DNA of 64,000 nt from Pseudomonadota bacterium (GTDB taxonomy: Bacteria; Pseudomonadota; Gammaproteobacteria; Legionellales; Legionellaceae), in the NCBI GenBank assembly GCA_021848965.1, contig JAJZTL010000001.1:1910-65909 (forward strand). The letters are read 5' to 3'. Of the stretch, positions 38,684 through 48,424 are shown piece after piece. The position numbers and the translations under genes are program-made. The notes under the pieces were generated by a model. The model had not been told where the DNA came from and searched no databases. It was given only the letters and a program-made list of their open reading frames with translations. Each line of letters starts with the position of its first letter. Positions within the stretch are counted from its first letter, which is position 1.

Positions 38684-39640
38684 CTAGACTTGACATGTCA
38701 TACGTAAAACAGCTGTTTTTTTATCTTTTTTGAAAAAAATTTCCGAGTCTGCATGATAAATAAGCGGAACATTTCGTTTTCCATGGCCAAATTGGTCGGT
38801 TTTATACACCGGAATACCTTGAAGACTCATGTCTTCAGCAAACCGATTTAATGCAAAATGTGTCTGCGATTCGCCTTCTGGTTCTAAAAAATCTCCTAAT
38901 ATAATCGCCTTAACCTCTTTAAATATGCCGGCTTGAAAAAGGTGATATAATGATCGATCAATGCGATAGGCCTTTTCACCTACTTCTTCCACAAACATAA
39001 TTTTACCTTGCGTTTGCACCTGCCAATGCGTACCAATACTATCTTCCAGCAAAGTCAAATTACCACCGGTCAATTGTCCTTGAATACCTTCATTGAATTC
39101 AGCAATGGAGTTAAGTGGCACTAAAGGTTCTATGGTTTGATAAGAAACTTTTTTTGTAATAATTTCCGCAATTCTCAAAAAATTTTCGGGCAATTGTTCA
39201 GTGTTTACAAGCTGCGTTAACACCGAGCCATGAATTGTTGGCCAATGCCAATGCTGCGATAAAAATAAATGTAATGCCGTAATATCACTAAATCCAATGA
39301 CTATTTTTTGATGTCGTGGAACGGGTAACTCTCTCAGGCGATCTAACAATCGTGCACAGCCATAGCCGCCGCGTAACATCCAAATAATTTTCTCTTCAGC
39401 GTTATCCAGTAAAGCACTTTTTAACTGCTGAAAACGGTATTCATCATTATGCGCATGATAAGGAATTTCATTAGATAACAGGTCATCAGGAATATGAAAA
39501 TTGAGCGTTTTTATAGCACGTAATGCAGTCATTTTTTCAAGAGCGGCTCCCGAGGCGGGAGCAACGACTTGAATAATTTTATGACGAAATGCTTCCTGGA
39601 ATTGTTTTGTTTGTATTATTTGATTTATCACTGGGTTCAT
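38684..39640 (-). CDS. ldcA: LD-carboxypeptidase (peptidase S66)
   Basis: VVAPASG N-terminus, nucleophile motif GFSDITALH, C-terminal GHG. Confidence 0.8.
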   Translation of the reverse strand: MNPVINQIIQTKQFQEAFRHKIIQVVAPASGAALEKMTALRAIKTLNFHIPDDLLSNEIPYHAHNDEYRFQQLKSALLDNAEEKIIWMLRGGYGCARLLDRLRELPVPRHQKIVIGFSDITALHLFLSQHWHWPTIHGSVLTQLVNTEQLPENFLRIAEIITKKVSYQTIEPLVPLNSIAEFNEGIQGQLTGGNLTLLEDSIGTHWQVQTQGKIMFVEEVGEKAYRIDRSLYHLFQAGIFKEVKAIILGDFLEPEGESQTHFALNRFAEDMSLQGIPVYKTDQFGHGKRNVPLIYHADSEIFFKKDKKTAVLRMTCQV

Positions 39641-40457
39641 TTTTATTTCTCAAAAAAGCAGAATTCGACGTTTTCTCATAAATCTTTACAAATGCATTCA
39701 GGCTAATTTTCGTATTACCCGAAAACGGAGAATCCAGAACAACCACTAAAAAGAGCATAGTTGTCACAATCGTCGTTAAAATTGCTGTTAAACAAGACTG
39801 CACAAATAAGTTTTCAATACCAAAAAAATAAACACATCCAATAAATGCGGTGCATATGAGAATAATCGTTAACCATAATATTTTTGGAACTTGAATCTGA
39901 TTGCTCGTAATTACAGCCTCGCTATTTTCCTTAATGATTTTTATTTGCGTGAGCATTTCTTTGTAGACCGCCGCATTTATTGTTTTTACGCTGCTAAGTC
40001 TAAGAAATTTTTGATACAGTTCATTGAGTATCTTAGGAGTTTCTTCATATTTTTCTAAATGAGATATCGCCTTCCATTGACCTTCAATTTCTGTTTTCGT
40101 GTACTCCCTTAGTTGATTCCAAAGCTGCGTTCTTTCAGGATCAGGAAGATCTTCTACCAGCAGAAATAAATTTTGTAATGCTCCTGCTTCTTGTTCAACA
40201 TATGCAGCCGCTACATTATATTGCGTCCACGTCACATAAATGACAAAAGCCATGAGTACCGCATACATAATTCCTACGGCATTAAAAACATACCCCGCCA
40301 CCTCATGATGCTCCGTTAAAACACGCCAATGGACTCTTTTTCTGATAAATCTAAGAATCAATAAAGAGCTTGTTACCGTGAGAAGTAATACAATAAAGTA
40401 GGCAATCCATATTGCGTGATTTAGCATCTCTATTTCTCCCCATTGGGTCCTCGACAT
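39579..40457 (-). CDS. Membrane protein (DUF4239-like)
   Basis: Two N-terminal and two C-terminal TM helices flank a helical domain. 62-nt overlap with the ldcA start, so one of the boundaries is uncertain. Confidence 0.5.
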   Translation of the reverse strand: MSRTQWGEIEMLNHAIWIAYFIVLLLTVTSSLLILRFIRKRVHWRVLTEHHEVAGYVFNAVGIMYAVLMAFVIYVTWTQYNVAAAYVEQEAGALQNLFLLVEDLPDPERTQLWNQLREYTKTEIEGQWKAISHLEKYEETPKILNELYQKFLRLSSVKTINAAVYKEMLTQIKIIKENSEAVITSNQIQVPKILWLTIILICTAFIGCVYFFGIENLFVQSCLTAILTTIVTTMLFLVVVLDSPFSGNTKISLNAFVKIYEKTSNSAFLRNKNEPSDKSNNTNKTIPGSISS

Positions 40458-40570
40458 TTTTCAGGAATTTCTGTATAATATTCCACCTTAATTTTTGATT
40501 TTATACTTATAGCAATGAAATGCAATAGAGTATGAATATGTTTTATTGAAACTTGGAGTACAATTCTAAA

Positions 40571-40993
40571 ATGTCTGTTGAAAAAACCCTATCTATTATT
40601 AAACCTGATGCTGTTGCCAAAAACGTTATTGGCGAAATTTATACTCGTTTTGAAAAAGCTGGTCTACGTATCGTTGCTGCTAAAAGAGCTCATTTGACAA
40701 AAGACCAAGCAGAAGCTTTTTATGCCGTGCATCAACATCGTCCTTTTTTCAAAGACTTAGTTACATTTATTACATCTGGCCCTGTGATGATTCAAGTATT
40801 ACAAGGTGAAAATGCTATTCTAAAACACCGTGATATTATGGGTGCTACGGATCCTAAACAAGCATTACCTGGAACTATTCGTGCTGACTTTGCTGACAGC
40901 ATTGATGCCAATGCGGTTCATGGTTCTGACAGTGCTGAAACCGCTGCGCAAGAAATTGCTTTCTTCTTTGCAAACGAAGATATTTATCTATAA
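40571..40993 (+). CDS. ndk: Nucleoside diphosphate kinase
   Basis: [15 protein letters not shown] start ([15 protein letters not shown]) and active-site NAVHGSDS. Confidence 0.95.
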   Translation: MSVEKTLSIIKPDAVAKNVIGEIYTRFEKAGLRIVAAKRAHLTKDQAEAFYAVHQHRPFFKDLVTFITSGPVMIQVLQGENAILKHRDIMGATDPKQALPGTIRADFADSIDANAVHGSDSAETAAQEIAFFFANEDIYL

Positions 40994-40998
40994 TACAA

Positions 40999-42099
40999 AT
41001 GGAAAACCTGTTAGGTTATAATTTGCAAGATCTTGGCGAGTTCTTCCAACGAATGGGAGAACCCGCCTATCGTGCTTCACAATTACTAAAATGGATACAT
41101 CAACAAGGTGAAACCGATTTCGAAAAAATGACTAACTTTAGTCAAAAACTTCGAACAAAATTATCAGAGACCGCCACCATAGAATTACCTAAAGTAACTT
41201 TTCACCGTGTTTCTCAAGATGGCACACAAAAATGGCTGCTTGAATTACATTGTGGCAATGCGATTGAAATGGTTTTTATTCCGGAAGATGATCGCGGTAC
41301 TTTGTGTGTCTCGTCTCAAGTAGGATGCGGTCTCAATTGCAGTTTCTGTTCTACCGGTGCTCAAGGATTTAATCGCAATCTTTCAAGTGCTGAAATTATC
41401 AGTCAAATCTGGATTGCCGTTCGTACTTTGTCTAAAAAAGATGGAGCACATGACAGGCATGTCACGAACATTGTCTTTATGGGAATGGGTGAACCTTTGC
41501 TCAATTTTGATAATGTGCTCAAAGCATCTGAAATTATGATGCATGATTTTGGTTATGGACTCTCTAAACGGCGTGTTACACTCAGCTCCTCAGGATTAGT
41601 TCCTGAATTGGAAAAGCTTTCTCAAGTCAGTGAAATGTCTTTGGCGATTTCTTTACACGCGCCCAATGACGCATTGCGAAATATTCTCGTCCCCATTAAT
41701 AAAAAATATCCATTGAAACAACTGATGCATCTATGCAAACATTACTTTGAAAATGAACCTCGTCGTCGAGTCACTTTTGAATATGTAATGCTTGAACAGG
41801 TCAATGATCACATGGAGCATGCAAAAGAGCTAGTTAAATTATTAGAAAATGTTCCTTGTAAAGTTAATTTAATTCCTTTTAACCCTTTTCCTGGAACTGA
41901 ATATCGTCGTTCATCCCCCGAAAGAATTGCTGCTTTTCAAAATTATTTAATTCATAAAGGCATTAATACCATTGTACGAAAAACACGAGGTGATGATATT
42001 GATGCCGCTTGTGGTCAATTAGCCGGTGATTTCATGGATAAAACAAGCCGCTCGGAACGCTGGAAAAAATTACATATCCCCGTTGTTGTTGAAACATAA
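40999..42099 (+). CDS. rlmN: 23S rRNA/tRNA (adenine-C2)-methyltransferase RlmN
   Basis: Radical-SAM CxxxCxxC ([11 protein letters not shown]), MGMGEPL, and the C-terminal DIDAACGQL cysteine. Confidence 0.95.
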   Translation: MENLLGYNLQDLGEFFQRMGEPAYRASQLLKWIHQQGETDFEKMTNFSQKLRTKLSETATIELPKVTFHRVSQDGTQKWLLELHCGNAIEMVFIPEDDRGTLCVSSQVGCGLNCSFCSTGAQGFNRNLSSAEIISQIWIAVRTLSKKDGAHDRHVTNIVFMGMGEPLLNFDNVLKASEIMMHDFGYGLSKRRVTLSSSGLVPELEKLSQVSEMSLAISLHAPNDALRNILVPINKKYPLKQLMHLCKHYFENEPRRRVTFEYVMLEQVNDHMEHAKELVKLLENVPCKVNLIPFNPFPGTEYRRSSPERIAAFQNYLIHKGINTIVRKTRGDDIDAACGQLAGDFMDKTSRSERWKKLHIPVVVET

Positions 42100-42111
42100 A
42101 TAAAATAAATT

Positions 42112-42696
42112 ATGAATACAAAAAGTCCAACCCTTATTCTCTTTACCGTTATCACTACTTTTTTTATCAATGGCTGCCAAGCTCCACCTCCTCAAACATC
42201 AACTTACAATCCTAAAGCCTCGGCCTACAACATTCAACTTGGGTTAGGTTATTTGAAACAAGGCAATCGACAAAGAGCCAAACAAAAGCTATTAACTGCT
42301 GTCGCAGAGGCTCCCAACTCACCTTATGCTAATGAAGCTTTAGCTTATTATTTTGAGAATACGCATGAAGTAAACCAAGCTGAAAATTATTATCAGAAAG
42401 CGATTACATTAGCACCAAAATCCGGAGCCATTTTAAACAACTATGCAACCTTTCTTTGTCGCCACAAACACTATAAAGAAGCGCTCTATTATTTTTCAAA
42501 AGCTGCTGCAGATTCTGAATATATCAATACTGCGCTGGCTTATAAAAATGCTGGCTTTTGTGCGAAAGCAGCACATGACACTGTTCTGGCAAAAAAATAT
42601 TTTAAACAAGCCTTAGAGCAAGATCCTTCATTAAAGCAAGCGAGAGAAGAGCTTAATCAACTAAATAATTACCATGACGCAAGAAACAGTCATTAG
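42112..42696 (+). CDS. pilW: Type IV pilus biogenesis/stability TPR lipoprotein PilW
   Basis: Lipobox INGCQ, TPR repeats, and the conserved ndk-rlmN-pilW synteny. Confidence 0.7.
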   Translation: MNTKSPTLILFTVITTFFINGCQAPPPQTSTYNPKASAYNIQLGLGYLKQGNRQRAKQKLLTAVAEAPNSPYANEALAYYFENTHEVNQAENYYQKAITLAPKSGAILNNYATFLCRHKHYKEALYYFSKAAADSEYINTALAYKNAGFCAKAAHDTVLAKKYFKQALEQDPSLKQAREELNQLNNYHDARNSH

Positions 42697-42841
42697 ACTT
42701 ATATGGAAGAAAAAGGATTTCATACGAGTGTTATGTTGGATTCTGAAAAAATTGCTGTGACAGGGTAGAGCTTTGGTCAAATGTTGACCTTACAAAACAT
42801 TGTCAAAAAACGGTCGTTTAATGATAATAACTCTTCTTAAA

Positions 42842-42918
42842 AGTTCTTAATTAATTTAAGAACTTATTGACTTGACTTAAAAAAATGTTGATAATAGTTC
42901 TTAAATTAATTAAGAACT
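42842..42918 (+). promoter_or_regulatory. Promoter bracketed by two copies of a 23-bp palindrome
   Basis: AGTTCTTAA-TTAAT-TTAAGAACT (42842-42864) and AGTTCTTAA-ATTAA-TTAAGAACT (42896-42918) flank TTGACT (42867-42872), a 17-nt spacer and GATAAT (42890-42895). Confidence 0.55.
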
Positions 42919-42927
42919 TTTAAGACT

Positions 42928-44043
42928 ATGAATAAAAAAACTGATTGGCATTTTGCTAGACCTGAACTAGCTGAGAGCTATTTAAATATATTTTCTTTAG
43001 GTTTGACTTCTGCTCGCGGTCTTTTTGCTAGAAGAAGAATGGGAAAAACAGAGTTTTTAAAAGAAGATTTAATACCTGCGGCAAAAAAACAAAATTATAA
43101 TATCGTTTATGTTAATTTATGGGAATTGGAGATAGATCCAGCTACTGCTTTAGTTTCGGAGTTTTATAGGGCAGTAGAGCCAACAGGATTTGATAAAATT
43201 TGGAATAAATTAAAACTACCCGTTAGTAAACTGCGAGCTTCAGGAAAAATTCCTTATTTAGGCGAAGCTTCTGTGGAGATTGACTCTAATGAACAAAAAA
43301 AAATAACAGGTACTTTACTAATGGAGGCAATGCATGTTTTTGATAAAACAGATTTTTCTTTGTTATTTATTATAGACGAAGCACAAGTACTCGCTTATGA
43401 GGAAAACTCACACTTTGCACATGCTTTACGGGCTGCTTTAGATATTAGAAAAGATCGTATTAAAGTTCTTTTTGCTGGAAGTTCTGAAAATACTTTGAGA
43501 AAAATGTTTGGCGTTCCTTCGGAACCATTTTATAACTGGGCACCACTAGAAGCATTTGACTTACTTGGAAGTGAATTCGTTAAATCAATGGTTGATCATG
43601 TCAATAATATATCAAAATTTCCATTATCTTTTGACGAAGCATTTTATGCTTTTGAACAATTAAAAAATACCCCAGAATTTTTCCGTCGATACATTGAATA
43701 CTACCTTATCCATCCAATGAAAGGTTCAGATGAAGCTTTAAAAATTACAAAAGAAAAAGTGTTTAATGATAAAAATTTCAAAAATCAGTGGGGCACATTA
43801 TTACCTGCAGATAAAATTATTCTTTTTATGATTGCTAATGGTGAAACTGATTTGCATGGGAAAAGTATTTTACAAAAATTAAGTATGGCGCTTGGAGTTG
43901 ATGAAGGTATTAATAAAAATACAACGCATAATGCATTACGGCGATTAGCGAATAAAAACATTATAACAAAAATAAAATATGGAATTTATCAATTTGAGGA
44001 TGAGGCTTTTTCTGATTGGGTAAAATATCAAGATCATGATTAA
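42928..44043 (+). CDS. ATPase (archaeal-ATPase/PF01637-like) with C-terminal winged-helix
   Basis: Walker A RRRMGKTEF, Walker B LFIIDEAQ, C-terminal ..HNALRRLANKNIITKIKYGIYQFEDEAFSDWV. Confidence 0.75.
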   Translation: MNKKTDWHFARPELAESYLNIFSLGLTSARGLFARRRMGKTEFLKEDLIPAAKKQNYNIVYVNLWELEIDPATALVSEFYRAVEPTGFDKIWNKLKLPVSKLRASGKIPYLGEASVEIDSNEQKKITGTLLMEAMHVFDKTDFSLLFIIDEAQVLAYEENSHFAHALRAALDIRKDRIKVLFAGSSENTLRKMFGVPSEPFYNWAPLEAFDLLGSEFVKSMVDHVNNISKFPLSFDEAFYAFEQLKNTPEFFRRYIEYYLIHPMKGSDEALKITKEKVFNDKNFKNQWGTLLPADKIILFMIANGETDLHGKSILQKLSMALGVDEGINKNTTHNALRRLANKNIITKIKYGIYQFEDEAFSDWVKYQDHD

Positions 44044-44246
44044 AAAAATTTTTAAATTTAGCACTCTTATCAAACGGTCGTTTGATGAGAACAGCAATAG
44101 ACTTCTTTTGACAACATATTACTTTAAGCGCATACCAGGCCAAAATCATCTCAAATTAAAGATAGTTTGCAACTATCCTACCTCTATCAGACACAATTCT
44201 TTTAATACTCCCAAGGGATTTGTTTTCTCTTAATTTTTCACGCATA

Positions 44247-45782
44247 ATGACTCGCATGATAGTACTGATTATTTTAGATGGTTGGGGATATGATGAGCAC
44301 GTGTCATACAATGCGATTGCTCAAGCTAAAACTCCTCAATGGCAGATGTGGTGGAATAATGCCCCTAAGGCATTATTAGAATGTAGCGGCGAAGCTGCTG
44401 GATTGCCTCATGGACAAATGGGGAATTCCGAAGTAGGCCATATGCATATTGGTGCTGGTCGTATTTTGGATCAGGATTTTACACGCATTAATCATGCTAT
44501 AGAAAATAATTTCTTTTTTCAGCATAAAGTTTTATTGTCAGTGATTGAAGCAGTTAATCGTGATAAAAAAGCTATTCATGTGTTGGGATTATTATCTCAT
44601 GGTGGAGTGCATAGCCATGAAGATCATATTTATGCCCTTTTAAAGTGCTTGTATCAGCAGAAGATTCATCAAAGTCACTCTCAAGTCTATTTGCATCTTT
44701 TCTTAGATGGTCGAGATACGCCGCCTCGTTCGGCGAAAGAATCGTTGGAAAAATTGGAAAAAATGTTAGAACAATATCCGGTGGCTGAGATTAAAAGTAT
44801 CACCGGGCGTTATTACGCCATGGATCGGGATTCTCGCTGGGATCGCGTCGAGAAAGTGTATGATTTGCTCACATTAGGACAGGCAAGTTTTCATGCGTCG
44901 AACGCATTCGAAGCGCTTGACGCAGCTTATGCGCGTAATGAAAGCGATGAGTTTGTGCAAGCGACTATTATTGGTGCCCCTGCACCTATTCAGGATGATG
45001 ATACCGTTATTTTTATGAATTATCGTGCAGACAGAGCGCGACAACTTTCACGGGCTTTAGTGTTGTCAGATTTTGCTGGTTTTGAGCGTAAAAAATTACT
45101 GAAGATAAAACAATTTGTCACGCTTACACATTACGCAAAAGACATTCCGTCCATTGAACTTTTTCCTCCTTTGCGTCCACAGCATACATTAGGCGAGTGT
45201 ATTGCAGACGCGGGTTTAAAACAATTACGTGTCGCAGAAACAGAAAAATATGCTCATGTGACTTTCTTTTTTAATGGAGGTGTTGAAAAGCCTTTTTTAA
45301 ATGAAGAACGTGTATTAATTCCATCACCGAAAGTCGCTACTTATGATTTGCAACCAGAAATGAGCGCCGTTGGGGTTAAAGATTGCATTGTCGATGCTTT
45401 AACTCATCAGCGTTATGATGTCATTATTGCCAACTTTGCGAATGCCGATATGGTAGGGCATACTGGCGATCTCGAGGCAACGAAGCAGGCTATTGAATGC
45501 CTAGATTCTTGTTTAAGTGAGATAGGTGCCGCAGCCAAAAAGGTAGCGGCACAAATTGTTATTACCGCTGATCATGGCAATGCAGAATGTATGTATGATT
45601 CTCTGACAGGACAACAACATACTTCCCATACCACTTATCCGGTGCCGTTTTTGTATATTGGTTCTCCTGAAATAAAAATGGTGACAGAAAGAGGATCTTT
45701 GATTGATATTGCTCCTACCCTATTATATCTATTAGGATTACCTATTCCAGTTGAGATGCAAGGAAAAAGTTTGCTGAAATGA
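44247..45782 (+). CDS. gpmI: 2,3-bisphosphoglycerate-independent phosphoglycerate mutase
   Basis: ILDGWGY, GNSEVGHMHIGAGR, DGRDTPP, ADHGNAE. Confidence 0.95.
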   Translation: MTRMIVLIILDGWGYDEHVSYNAIAQAKTPQWQMWWNNAPKALLECSGEAAGLPHGQMGNSEVGHMHIGAGRILDQDFTRINHAIENNFFFQHKVLLSVIEAVNRDKKAIHVLGLLSHGGVHSHEDHIYALLKCLYQQKIHQSHSQVYLHLFLDGRDTPPRSAKESLEKLEKMLEQYPVAEIKSITGRYYAMDRDSRWDRVEKVYDLLTLGQASFHASNAFEALDAAYARNESDEFVQATIIGAPAPIQDDDTVIFMNYRADRARQLSRALVLSDFAGFERKKLLKIKQFVTLTHYAKDIPSIELFPPLRPQHTLGECIADAGLKQLRVAETEKYAHVTFFFNGGVEKPFLNEERVLIPSPKVATYDLQPEMSAVGVKDCIVDALTHQRYDVIIANFANADMVGHTGDLEATKQAIECLDSCLSEIGAAAKKVAAQIVITADHGNAECMYDSLTGQQHTSHTTYPVPFLYIGSPEIKMVTERGSLIDIAPTLLYLLGLPIPVEMQGKSLLK

Positions 45783-46987
45783 AGAAATTTATTTTCATTA
45801 CCTTTTTTCTCAGTATTTTCCTTGTAAAAGAGGTAATGGCCACGTCGCAATCGCAACTCAATGCCGTCAATACTAAAATTGTAATGTTGAAGAAAAATTT
45901 GACGTTAAAAAAGAGTCAACGTGCAAAACTAGAAAAAGAATTAAGCGTGATTGATAAAAACATTGCTAATATGACACATCAAACGGAAGTATTGAGTCAA
46001 CAAATGGAAGTAAAACAAACGGCACTATTAACTTCAAGAAAAAAGCTTACCTCATTAGAAAAAGAAAGTGCGACGCAAAAAGAAATATTAGCCAAACAAT
46101 TGCGAGCGAGTTATCAGTTAGGACAATATGAGTACATACATTTATTGCTTAATCAACAAGATCCCTCAACAGTTTTGCGATTGATGGCTTATTATAATTA
46201 TTTAAATAAAGCACGTATAGAAACACTGGCTAAAATCCAAGAAACAGAAGAAAGAATTGATCAAGAGCAGAAAACGGTAGCAACTCAGTTAGACCAATTA
46301 AGTCATCTTTCAACGGAAAAACAAGCAAAGAAAATTTTATTAGAGAGGGAGCGAGAAAGGCAACAAAAAATTATGACACAACTGAATCAAGATATTCAGA
46401 CAAAATCTTCCCAATTAAAAGCGTATGAAGCAGATAAAAAATTCTTAGAAGCCTTAATTCAACGTTTAGATCGCCATTCTCGCGCTACAGCCGTTGCAAC
46501 AAAAACTGCGCCTGTAGGGGGGGCGCCCTTGCATAAAATTAATATTCACCCTATAGAATCCGCAGCCCCAACAATTTATAAAATTAAAACTGGATCTTTC
46601 AGCAAAGAAATGCATCATTTAATTTGGCCGACAAGAGGTAAATTGCTCAATCGTGCTAATGTGCCTGCTATGCGTCATCAATCAGGTATTGTAATTTTAG
46701 CTCCAGAAGGTCAGGCTATTGTGTCTGTTTTTCCAGGAAAAGTTGTTTTCTCTGGCCCTTTAAAAGGCTTTGGCTTGCTGATGATTATTGATCATGGGCA
46801 AGGATTTATGACACTCTATGCAAACAATCAAGCGTTGTATCGCAAGCGAGGGGAACAAGTAAATGCTGGTGATTTAATTGCATATGTAGGACATACTGGA
46901 ATTTTACGGCAGAGCGGGCTCTACTTTGAAATTCGTCATTTGGGCCGTCCTCTGAATCCATTACAGTGGCTAGCGAAAGGAAGTTAA
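45779..46987 (+). CDS. envC: Murein hydrolase activator EnvC (coiled coil + M23/LytM domain)
   Basis: Signal peptide, long coiled coil, C-terminal LytM domain (IIDHGQGFMTLYANN..GHTG..LYFEIRH). Confidence 0.85.
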   Translation: MKKFIFITFFLSIFLVKEVMATSQSQLNAVNTKIVMLKKNLTLKKSQRAKLEKELSVIDKNIANMTHQTEVLSQQMEVKQTALLTSRKKLTSLEKESATQKEILAKQLRASYQLGQYEYIHLLLNQQDPSTVLRLMAYYNYLNKARIETLAKIQETEERIDQEQKTVATQLDQLSHLSTEKQAKKILLERERERQQKIMTQLNQDIQTKSSQLKAYEADKKFLEALIQRLDRHSRATAVATKTAPVGGAPLHKINIHPIESAAPTIYKIKTGSFSKEMHHLIWPTRGKLLNRANVPAMRHQSGIVILAPEGQAIVSVFPGKVVFSGPLKGFGLLMIIDHGQGFMTLYANNQALYRKRGEQVNAGDLIAYVGHTGILRQSGLYFEIRHLGRPLNPLQWLAKGS

Positions 46988-46989
46988 TA

Positions 46990-48303
46990 ATGGCACTAAA
47001 TAAAATATTTATCTCTCTCATCTTGTTTTCATCACTTGCACTTGCCTCCCCAAAAAATCAAGCTTCCATTGCACCCGAAATAAAAAAATTTTCACAGGTG
47101 ATGAATGATATTCAGAAATATTATGTTTATCCTGAAAGCAAAAAGACTTTATTTGAAAGTGCGCTTCAAGGAATGCTCAGTGGATTGGATCCTCATAGCG
47201 CGTATCTAAGTCGCGAAGAGTGGCGTGGTTTGCAAGAAACCACTAAAGGGCAATTTGCTGGTATTGGGCTTGAAGTAACAATGAAGCAAGGCCTTGTCCG
47301 CGTTATCACACCATTACAGGGCTCCCCCGCAAAAAGAGCAGGAATTAAAACCAATGACACCATTATTCGACTGAATGGTAAAGCTTTGCTGGGTTTAACG
47401 TTAAGAATGGCCATTGATCAATTGCGTGGCCCTGTGGGCTCTACGATTTCTTTAGATATTATGCGAAATGGCATGAGTAACCCATTACATATTGTTTTAA
47501 AGCGCGAAATGATTAAAGTTCAAAGCGTGAAAAGTCACTTACTTACAGGTGGATATGGATATATCCAATTAGCCCTTTTTCAAACGTCAACACCGAGTGA
47601 AATGATCGCTGCAATTAATGGCTTAAAAAAAGAAGCAAAACACAAATATAAATTATCTTTACAAGGACTTCTTTTAGACTTGCGAGACAACCCAGGTGGG
47701 TTATTAGACTCTGCGATTGCTGTGGCTGATGCATTTATTGATGGAAAAAAAGGAAAGCATACATTAATTGTTTATACCAAAGGACGTGGGCCTTGGGCTC
47801 GGTATACAGCTTATGCAAAACAAGGCGATATTATTGACAATGTGCCGATTATTGCCTTGATTAATGAGGGCTCAGCTTCGGCGGCAGAAATTGTTGCAGG
47901 TGCTTTAAAAGATGATCATCGTGGTGTGTTGTTGGGCACAAGAACCTTTGGAAAAGGTTCTGTCCAGACAGTGATTCCATTAAGTGATGGTAGTGCTATT
48001 CGGCTGACCACCGCATTATATTACACTCCGAGCGGCATTTCGATTCAGGCCATGGGAATTACACCTGATATTACTGTTCAACAAATTACACTAGGCTCCG
48101 CAGATTTTGTGCAAAATGCATTGGAGGCAAATAATCTTTCTGAGGCAGATTTACAAGGACACCTTGCAACCACAACTCCTCAAGCTAAAACAGCCAATAA
48201 TAATGCAGATGATAGCGATGCGCTGATAGCACAAGATTATCAACTTTATCAGGCTCTTAATGTACTTAAAGGGATGAATTTGACAAGCTCAATGAGTAAT
48301 TAA
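46990..48303 (+). CDS. ctpA: Carboxy-terminal processing protease (S41)
   Basis: PDZ (GIGLEV..GSPAKRAGI), catalytic LINEGSASAAEI and FGKGSVQ motifs. Confidence 0.9.
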   Translation: MALNKIFISLILFSSLALASPKNQASIAPEIKKFSQVMNDIQKYYVYPESKKTLFESALQGMLSGLDPHSAYLSREEWRGLQETTKGQFAGIGLEVTMKQGLVRVITPLQGSPAKRAGIKTNDTIIRLNGKALLGLTLRMAIDQLRGPVGSTISLDIMRNGMSNPLHIVLKREMIKVQSVKSHLLTGGYGYIQLALFQTSTPSEMIAAINGLKKEAKHKYKLSLQGLLLDLRDNPGGLLDSAIAVADAFIDGKKGKHTLIVYTKGRGPWARYTAYAKQGDIIDNVPIIALINEGSASAAEIVAGALKDDHRGVLLGTRTFGKGSVQTVIPLSDGSAIRLTTALYYTPSGISIQAMGITPDITVQQITLGSADFVQNALEANNLSEADLQGHLATTTPQAKTANNNADDSDALIAQDYQLYQALNVLKGMNLTSSMSN

Positions 48304-48424
48304 TACAACTCAGTCAAATTGTGGATGATTTTTCTTTATTGCACAATTGTTAATGACATACTTTCTCTTCAATTGTATCATAAGAACAGTGATATTATAC
48401 TGGCATAATTTTTTAGAAACGAAT

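Noticed and set aside
44036-44233. 65-aa ORF overlapping the ATPase stop
   Set aside because: It starts inside the ATPase stop region and reads through the right-hand direct repeat. It has no RBS or motif. The KRSF(D/N)(E/D)N similarity to the left flank is explained by the DNA repeat.
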